Shown here one piece after another: positions 58,242-64,000 of a stretch of DNA of 64,000 nucleotides. The first letter of the stretch is position 1, and the number at the start of each line of letters is the position of its first letter. The notes under the pieces were generated by a model. The model saw only the letters and a program-made list of their open reading frames with translations, had not been told where the DNA came from and did no database searches. The stretch comes from a virus, in the IMG/VR virus record IMGVR_UViG_3300025695_000006, positions 1 to 64,000 of that record. One strand, given 5' to 3'. The translations under genes were made by a program, and so were the position numbers.

Positions 58242-59081
58242 ATGAATAGTAAGACAAAGATTATAGGTGAAATAGGTATCAACCATAACGGGGATATAGC
58301 TATAGCAAAACAATTAATATTAGTAGCTAAAGCTGCTGGTTGTGATTATGTTAAGTTTCAAAAAAGAAACCCAGACATATGTGTTCCAGAGGAACAGAAA
58401 GGTAAGATGAGACAAACTCCTTGGGGTGAGATAACTTACTTAGAATATAAATGGAAAACTGAGTTCGGTGAAGCTGAGTACGATGAAATAGATAGGTTTT
58501 GTAAAGAGATTGGTATTAACTGGTTCGCATCCGTTTGGGATAAAACATCTGTAGATTTTATGATGAAGTACGAAAGTGACCTAGGAGTAGCTATGAAAAT
58601 ACCATCGGCGTTGATAACCGATATTGAATTATGTGAGTATGCTAGAGAAAAGGCCGATTACTTAATGATATCAACAGGTATGAGTAATGAAGATGAGGTT
58701 ACTTTATGTATAGATGCGTGTAACCCAGACGTTATAATGCACACAAACTCAACATATCCATGTCCAGTAAACGAATTAAATTTAAATTACATAACATGGT
58801 TAAAAAACCACTACGCTGAAAAAGAAATAGGTTATAGCGGACATGAGTACGGGCTAGTAACCACTTTCGCTGCTATACCAATGGGCGTAAAATGGGTAGA
58901 ACGCCACATAACACTAGACAGGGGTATGTGGGGATCCGATCATTCAGCTTCAATTGAACCATCTGGTTTATTTAAATTAGTTAAAGGTATTAGAGATATA
59001 GAAGAATCATTATCAATACCAGAAGGTCCTAGAGAATTATTTGGTGGTGAACTATCTAAAATGAAGAGTTTAAGGAAATAA
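58242..59081 (+). CDS. neuB: NeuB-family nonulosonic acid (sialic acid/Kdn) synthase, short form without the C-terminal AFP-like domain
   Basis: EIGINHNG, VKFQKR, ISTGMS, HTNSTYP, GYSGHE, VERHITLD, GSDHSAS. Confidence 0.92.
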   Translation: MNSKTKIIGEIGINHNGDIAIAKQLILVAKAAGCDYVKFQKRNPDICVPEEQKGKMRQTPWGEITYLEYKWKTEFGEAEYDEIDRFCKEIGINWFASVWDKTSVDFMMKYESDLGVAMKIPSALITDIELCEYAREKADYLMISTGMSNEDEVTLCIDACNPDVIMHTNSTYPCPVNELNLNYITWLKNHYAEKEIGYSGHEYGLVTTFAAIPMGVKWVERHITLDRGMWGSDHSASIEPSGLFKLVKGIRDIEESLSIPEGPRELFGGELSKMKSLRK

Positions 59082-59092
59082 AATTAATTTAT

Positions 59093-59383
59093 ATGTTAAT
59101 ATATGTTGATATAGATAATACTATATTTAAAACAGGGAGTACCGACTATACAACCAGTACCCCAATGATGGACAGAATCAAAAAGATAAATAAATTATAC
59201 GACGAAGGGAACACTATTGTTTATTGGACGGCAAGGGGTTCCGTAACAGGTATAGATCATTCGGAACTAACCAAGAAGCAATTTAAGGAATGGGGAGTCA
59301 AACACCATGAATTGAAATTCGGCAAACCTCCTTACGATATTTTTATCGACGATAAGAATATAAACAGTGAAGATTACTTTTAA
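59093..59383 (+). CDS. Capless (C0) HAD phosphatase
   Basis: VDIDNT, YWTARG, GKP, FIDDK. Confidence 0.8.
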   Translation: MLIYVDIDNTIFKTGSTDYTTSTPMMDRIKKINKLYDEGNTIVYWTARGSVTGIDHSELTKKQFKEWGVKHHELKFGKPPYDIFIDDKNINSEDYF

Positions 59384-59397
59384 TACAAAACATACAT

Positions 59398-60135
59398 ATG
59401 GCTAGAAAAGCTAGAAAAAAATTATCATACGAAGAACAGCAGGATATCCTAGAATCAATGAGTAATGATCATCAAGGGAACGATTTTTTAAAAAGAATTA
59501 AGGTTGATATAAAGTGTAAAACGGTTAACCAGAAAAAACTAGTTAAAGAAATAAAGGATAAAGAGATGGTTATATGCTCTGGATTACCAGGTACAGGTAA
59601 AACTTACTTGTCCTGTGCAGTCGCACTAGATTTAATAAAAAATGATGGCAGATATCGAAAAATAGTTATAGTTAAGTCGGTTACAACATTAAAAGATGAA
59701 GAGATAGGCTTTTTAAAAGGTACTATGAAAGAAAAGATGGAACCTTTTATGTACTCTTTTATGCATAACTTCGAAAAGATAGTCGGTAAATATAATACTC
59801 AAACCCTTAGAGAAGCGGGTATGATAGAAGAAATGCCTATAGCGTACATGAGGGGTATAAATATAGATAACTCCATAGTAATCATAGACGAGGCTCAAAA
59901 TATCTCTATAGATAACATAAGAACCATAATGACAAGATTGGGTGAGAACTCTAAAATGATATTTTTAGGTGATGAGAATCAAGTAGACATGAAGAGAAAG
60001 GGTCAGAGTTCCTTACACTTTATAATCGAAAAGTTTTCTGATTTTGAAGAGGTGGGTACTGTCGTACTTACTGACAGTGACGTAGTCAGAAACCCGTTGA
60101 TTAAAAAAATAGAACAAATATTTAGAGAAAAATAG
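59398..60135 (+). CDS. phoH: PhoH-family ATPase
   Basis: GLPGTGKT, IGFLKG, AYMRG, IIDEAQN, TRLGENSK, GDENQ.D, VVRNPLI. Confidence 0.92.
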   Translation: MARKARKKLSYEEQQDILESMSNDHQGNDFLKRIKVDIKCKTVNQKKLVKEIKDKEMVICSGLPGTGKTYLSCAVALDLIKNDGRYRKIVIVKSVTTLKDEEIGFLKGTMKEKMEPFMYSFMHNFEKIVGKYNTQTLREAGMIEEMPIAYMRGINIDNSIVIIDEAQNISIDNIRTIMTRLGENSKMIFLGDENQVDMKRKGQSSLHFIIEKFSDFEEVGTVVLTDSDVVRNPLIKKIEQIFREK

Positions 60136-60188
60136 ATGTAGACTTTATTTTATACCAATTATCTACTAATTTTAATAAAAAATAGAAC

Positions 60189-60827
60189 ATGATAATTGGT
60201 ATAACAATAAACAATATTTTACGTGACCACGTATCAAAATTGAAAGACCTTTACGAATTTGAGTTTGAGAAAGAGGTAGAGGGTCCTATAAACCCATTTA
60301 AGTTATCAGAACATTTCCCTGATATTGATCCTGTTATTGAATCACCAGAATTTAAGGATGATGGTAAAGAGATTGAATTCCCTGAAAACGCTAAAGATAA
60401 CGGGTTTAATTTAGATAAATTCATGTATGACGAAGCTTCTTTTGAAATATTCGGCAGAACTGATGAAACGGAACAAGGTATCATTAAAAATATATCAGAT
60501 TTCTCCAATAAAAACAGGATCAAAATAGTATTACTTAATAACGAAAGTCAGAGGTCAAAAGCGGCGACGCTTTTCTTCCTAAGTAAGAATTATTACAATC
60601 TAGAACAAGTTATTTTCCCTAAAAAATGGAAAGACTTCTGGACGCACTGTGACGTAATCGTTACAGACAATCCCAAGCTACTAAAATCTAAACCAAAAGG
60701 TAAAATATCGATAAAACATATAAACGATTTTAATATTGACATTAAATCCGATTATGCTATAATTAACACAAAGGAATTATTTAAACTCCTAAGAAAATTA
60801 AAAAAAGAAAATAATGGAAAAAGGTAA
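60189..60827 (+). CDS. HAD/5'(3')-nucleotidase-like protein with degenerate catalytic motif
   Basis: IIGITINNILRD in place of DxDGVL; ATLFFLSK, DVIVTDNP, FN fold motifs. Confidence 0.5.
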   Translation: MIIGITINNILRDHVSKLKDLYEFEFEKEVEGPINPFKLSEHFPDIDPVIESPEFKDDGKEIEFPENAKDNGFNLDKFMYDEASFEIFGRTDETEQGIIKNISDFSNKNRIKIVLLNNESQRSKAATLFFLSKNYYNLEQVIFPKKWKDFWTHCDVIVTDNPKLLKSKPKGKISIKHINDFNIDIKSDYAIINTKELFKLLRKLKKENNGKR

Positions 60828-61893
60828 AGAATTGGTTAGTAACCTAGAATCTGCTATAGCTAAGATTCAAAATAAAGAACATAAAATAATATTTATGGTA
60901 CCAGACACTAAAGGTAACGGTAAATCAAGTGTTATTCACCTGTACGACCAAGCATTAGCTTTAAAAAACGCTGGGTATAATGTAGCAATGTTACACGAAA
61001 AAAACGACTTTATAAAAGTGGGTAGTTGGTTATCAACAGAATGTGACGAGATAGAACACATGTCTATTGAAGATAATAACTTAGTTGTAGGTCCTTCAGA
61101 CTTTATAGTAGTACCAGAAGTGTACGGAAGCGTTTTTGAGCAGATAGTTAACATGCCTATGGAGAAAATAATCTATGTACAATCTTACGATTATATGTTA
61201 GAGGCATTCTCACCTGGTAAATCTTGGCTTGATTCTGGTGCCGAAGAATGTATAACAACATCAAACACTCTCAAGGATATGATTGAAGGTACTGTACCAG
61301 TAAAAGACGTACAATTCATAGAACCTAAAATAGGTGGTAGCTTCAAACCTAGCGAAAAACCACAAAAACCTATTATTGCGATACATTGTCGTGAAGCCAG
61401 AAAAGCAGCTAAATTGATAAAGGCTTTTTACATGAAATATCCTATCTATAGATTCGTTTCATTTAAAGATATGCACACAATGAATCACGACGATTTCGCT
61501 TCAAACTTAAAAGAATGTGCTGTATCAGTCTGGATAGACGATGACTCGTCATTCGGTAGATTCCCAGTAGAATCAATCAAATCTAACGTACCCGTTATAG
61601 GTAAAGTACCTAATATTATCCCAGAATGGATGACTGACGATAACGGTGTATGGATGTACGATGAGAACCAAATACCTGAAATATTATCTAGTTTTATAAA
61701 AAATTGGTTAGACGACACGCTACCTGATAACTTAACTAATGTTAAGGAAACTATTAAGGACAGGTACTCGGAAGATAATTTCGAAAAAAATACTGTAGAG
61801 GTATTTGAACACTTATTCGATAAGAAAGTGAGTAAATTAGAAAAAATAAAAGAGAATATTAAAGAAACATTACAAGAAGATGAGCAAAAGTAA
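60814..61893 (+). CDS. Glycosyltransferase, GT-B-like
   Basis: DFIVVPE, IYVQ, SSFGRFPVESIKSNVPVIG. Confidence 0.65.
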   Translation: MEKGKELVSNLESAIAKIQNKEHKIIFMVPDTKGNGKSSVIHLYDQALALKNAGYNVAMLHEKNDFIKVGSWLSTECDEIEHMSIEDNNLVVGPSDFIVVPEVYGSVFEQIVNMPMEKIIYVQSYDYMLEAFSPGKSWLDSGAEECITTSNTLKDMIEGTVPVKDVQFIEPKIGGSFKPSEKPQKPIIAIHCREARKAAKLIKAFYMKYPIYRFVSFKDMHTMNHDDFASNLKECAVSVWIDDDSSFGRFPVESIKSNVPVIGKVPNIIPEWMTDDNGVWMYDENQIPEILSSFIKNWLDDTLPDNLTNVKETIKDRYSEDNFEKNTVEVFEHLFDKKVSKLEKIKENIKETLQEDEQK

Positions 61894-62713
61894 TTTAACA
61901 ATTATAGTACCAGTACATTCAGTAGAAGATGCGGGTAAACATAAGTTTGATGATATGTTCGATATAGCACTATCATCCATTAACATAAATGAAACTAAAC
62001 CAGAAAAGGTACTAGTAGTCATATGTGATTGTTCCGATGTCAAAGAAAAGGTAGAATCAGTAGATTTTGGTAAATACGATGGACTAGACATAGAAGTTAT
62101 AGTTAACACTGGTGAAACTGATTACCAAAGTCAGATAAACTTCGCTGCTAAAGAGGTTAACACTGAATTTATGAGTGTCCTAGAGTTTGATGATGAATTA
62201 TCTAAAACTTGGTTTAAAAACGTTAACGACCACATAGAGTCTTACCCTGAAGTAGATTTATTCTTACCCATCGTAAATGATGTTGACCAAGAAGGTAATT
62301 TCATTGGGTTATCGAACGAAGCTGTATGGGCGTACAACTTTACTGAAACAGTTGGTAATATTGATCTAGAAGTACTACTTGAATACCCTAACATCAGTTT
62401 ATGTGGTATGGTTATAAAAACTGAAGTGTTTAATAATATAGGTGGTTTAAAACAAATTAAACTAACATTTAATTATGAATTCCTATTAAGATTCCATAGT
62501 AATGGTCATAAATCAATGGTCATCCCTAAGATAGCTTACAAACACGTAAACATGAGAGATAACTCTTTATTCTGGTTGTACAAAAATAGTGAAGCCTTAG
62601 AATATAAGATCGAACCAAATGAGGGTTTATTCTGGATGGAAACTGCTAAGAAAGAGTATTTGTTTAATGATGATAGAAATATAAAATATGAGGATGTAGA
62701 AACAGTTGATTAA
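61880..62713 (+). CDS. Glycosyltransferase, GT2-like
   Basis: LTIIVPVH, QINFAA..VNTEFMSVLEFDD, FN.IGGLK, YEFLLR. Confidence 0.75.
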   Translation: MSKSNLTIIVPVHSVEDAGKHKFDDMFDIALSSININETKPEKVLVVICDCSDVKEKVESVDFGKYDGLDIEVIVNTGETDYQSQINFAAKEVNTEFMSVLEFDDELSKTWFKNVNDHIESYPEVDLFLPIVNDVDQEGNFIGLSNEAVWAYNFTETVGNIDLEVLLEYPNISLCGMVIKTEVFNNIGGLKQIKLTFNYEFLLRFHSNGHKSMVIPKIAYKHVNMRDNSLFWLYKNSEALEYKIEPNEGLFWMETAKKEYLFNDDRNIKYEDVETVD

Positions 62714-63426
62714 TGGGTAGGAAGAAAAAAAATAAAACCTACTATGGTCCAGAGCAAGAAGAAGCTGTTGTTAGGTTTTTAGAAGCTGAGTCTGACTACG
62801 AACGCCAAAAAATCTATAGGGAAGAATTAAGAGCCCCTATAGATAAGTTAATAGAAAACATAATAAGAACGTATAGACTTTACAGACCATCTTATGAGTT
62901 CGAAGATCTACATTCTGATACATTATCGTTTCTAATAACTAAATTCGACAAATTCAAACCAGAAAAAGGTAAAAAATCGTACTCGTATTTCGGTACTATA
63001 TGTAAAAATTATCTCTTTGGTGAAATGGTCAAGGAGCACAAAAGGAATACATCATTAGTAGATATTGATAAAAGTCAGAGTGATGTATTAAAAAGAGATG
63101 GGTACACTTACTATATAGACACTGAAGATATAGACTTTACACTTTTCTTAGAAAATTTAGCTATAAGTGTTAGAGAAGATTTGAAGAATGATAACCTATC
63201 CGACAATGAGTTTAAGGTTGGTTACGCACTAGCCAAAATATTAGAAGAGTGGAGGGAATTATTCTCAGATGTAAGCGATGGTAAAAATTCAACTAAATTC
63301 AACAAAAACTTAATTCTACTTTACATAAGAAATATGACAGGTTTAAACACTAAAGAAATAAGGAATAGTATGAAAAGGTTTAAATCATTATATAAAATGT
63401 TTAAGAACGATTATCTAGATGACTGA
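62713..63426 (+). CDS. Phage late-transcription sigma factor (T4 gp55-like)
   Basis: KLIENII..Y......EDL....L...KFDKFKPEKGKKSYSYFGTICKNYL resembles gp55 region 2. Confidence 0.65.
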   Translation: MGRKKKNKTYYGPEQEEAVVRFLEAESDYERQKIYREELRAPIDKLIENIIRTYRLYRPSYEFEDLHSDTLSFLITKFDKFKPEKGKKSYSYFGTICKNYLFGEMVKEHKRNTSLVDIDKSQSDVLKRDGYTYYIDTEDIDFTLFLENLAISVREDLKNDNLSDNEFKVGYALAKILEEWRELFSDVSDGKNSTKFNKNLILLYIRNMTGLNTKEIRNSMKRFKSLYKMFKNDYLDD

Positions 63427-63434
63427 TATTTATT
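63427..63434 (+). promoter_or_regulatory. Putative late promoter variant TATTTATT
   Basis: 16 nt upstream of the 63451 start. Confidence 0.4.
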
Positions 63435-63450
63435 ATAAAATAATATTATT

Positions 63451-63831
63451 ATGGCAATAAAGAAAAAAAAGGTAGAAGTTACTGAAGAAAGCATGAGGGA
63501 ACTAATGCAAGAAACTTATAATGAGATAGTTGACGAAAGAAGCAGGGCGTTATCTGCATATAAAAAGTTTAGTAAAGACATACAAGAAAATTCAGATATA
63601 GCTTTAGTTGGTAAAATAACTAACGATTTACTTAAAATAATTGACTCTTCGATAGAAAAAAAGATTAGGTTAATTAAAATACAAGGTGATATACTGTATA
63701 AATCTGGTAAACCAATTGAAGGTGCTGGTTCAAATATGACTATAACTGAAGATGATCGAAAGTGGGCCGAAGAATTCCTTAAAAACCAATCTAAGGATAA
63801 CTCAAACGGAAACGAAAAAAAATATGAATAG
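63451..63831 (+). CDS. Helical hypothetical protein (possible small terminase-like)
   Basis: ORF track; coiled-coil; function is a weak guess. Confidence 0.45.
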   Translation: MAIKKKKVEVTEESMRELMQETYNEIVDERSRALSAYKKFSKDIQENSDIALVGKITNDLLKIIDSSIEKKIRLIKIQGDILYKSGKPIEGAGSNMTITEDDRKWAEEFLKNQSKDNSNGNEKKYE

Positions 63832-63833
63832 GT

Positions 63834-64000
63834 ATGAGTTCACAAAGCGAAATATTTTCAAGATATAGATCATTAACTACATCAAATACACAGAAAGGGT
63901 TTATTACTGACTCACAAAAGAAAATCAATAAATTAGAGTTTATTGATTTTTTGGTTGAATTAGTTAAGTCAACTAGAGGTCAAAAAGAGTTTAAAAGTTT
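63834..64000 (+). CDS. Hypothetical protein, partial (runs off window end)
   Basis: MSSQSEIFSRYRSLTTSNTQKGFITDSQKKINKLEFIDFLVELVKSTRGQKEFKS, open to the end. Confidence 0.6.
   Translation, partial: MSSQSEIFSRYRSLTTSNTQKGFITDSQKKINKLEFIDFLVELVKSTRGQKEFKS

Noticed and set aside
1128-62109. Numerous short ORF-track entries antisense or out of frame to long genes (e.g. 3576..3875, 23111..23731, 25431..25832, 49007..49333, 61485..61901)
   Set aside because: They are shadows of real genes; their Ser/Phe/Leu-rich composition reflects reverse-complemented codons and repeats. 49007..49333 is antisense to the holin.
1-64000. Stop-codon reassignment as seen in some large phages
   Set aside because: Very long ORFs are intact in the standard code, and TAA, TAG and TGA all terminate recognisable genes.

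Overview
AT-rich segment of a large myovirus-type (jumbo/T4-superfamily-like) phage genome in standard genetic code. The host is probably a Bacteroidota, based on TTTG-N19/20-TAnnTTTG promoters and an Omp28-like lipoprotein. The left half (mostly - strand) carries a 5'-3' exonuclease, RecA/UvsX, a gp32-like SSB, and a contractile-tail module. That module includes a tail lysin with two putative peptidoglycan hydrolase domains, large baseplate proteins, a LysM/gp53-like protein and a 2932-aa repeat-bearing baseplate protein. It also has TWO paralogous tape-measure-like genes, a chaperone with a candidate +1/-2 frameshift, and tube, sheath, terminator and neck genes. An AT-rich repeat locus between tube and sheath (~32.2-32.6 kb) coincides with an apparent strand-skew inversion and is a candidate replication origin. 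The right half (mostly + strand) carries a SNF2 helicase, a GP88-like protein, a neck protein, and a family-B DNA polymerase with a ~120-aa macrodomain-like insertion inside its proofreading domain. Next come a WYL protein, a holin, a lipoprotein, dUTPase, PhoH and a gp55-like late sigma factor. A ~12-kb glycosylation region includes an apparently self-sufficient nonulosonic acid (sialic acid/Kdn-like) pathway: NeuB-like synthase, HAD phosphatase, CMP-synthetase, two GT29 sialyltransferases with eukaryote-type sialylmotifs, and an FkbM methyltransferase. Late genes share an upstream TATTTAT(A) motif on the coding strand, the reverse complement of the T4 late promoter. All family assignments come from motif recognition by eye; no searches were run.
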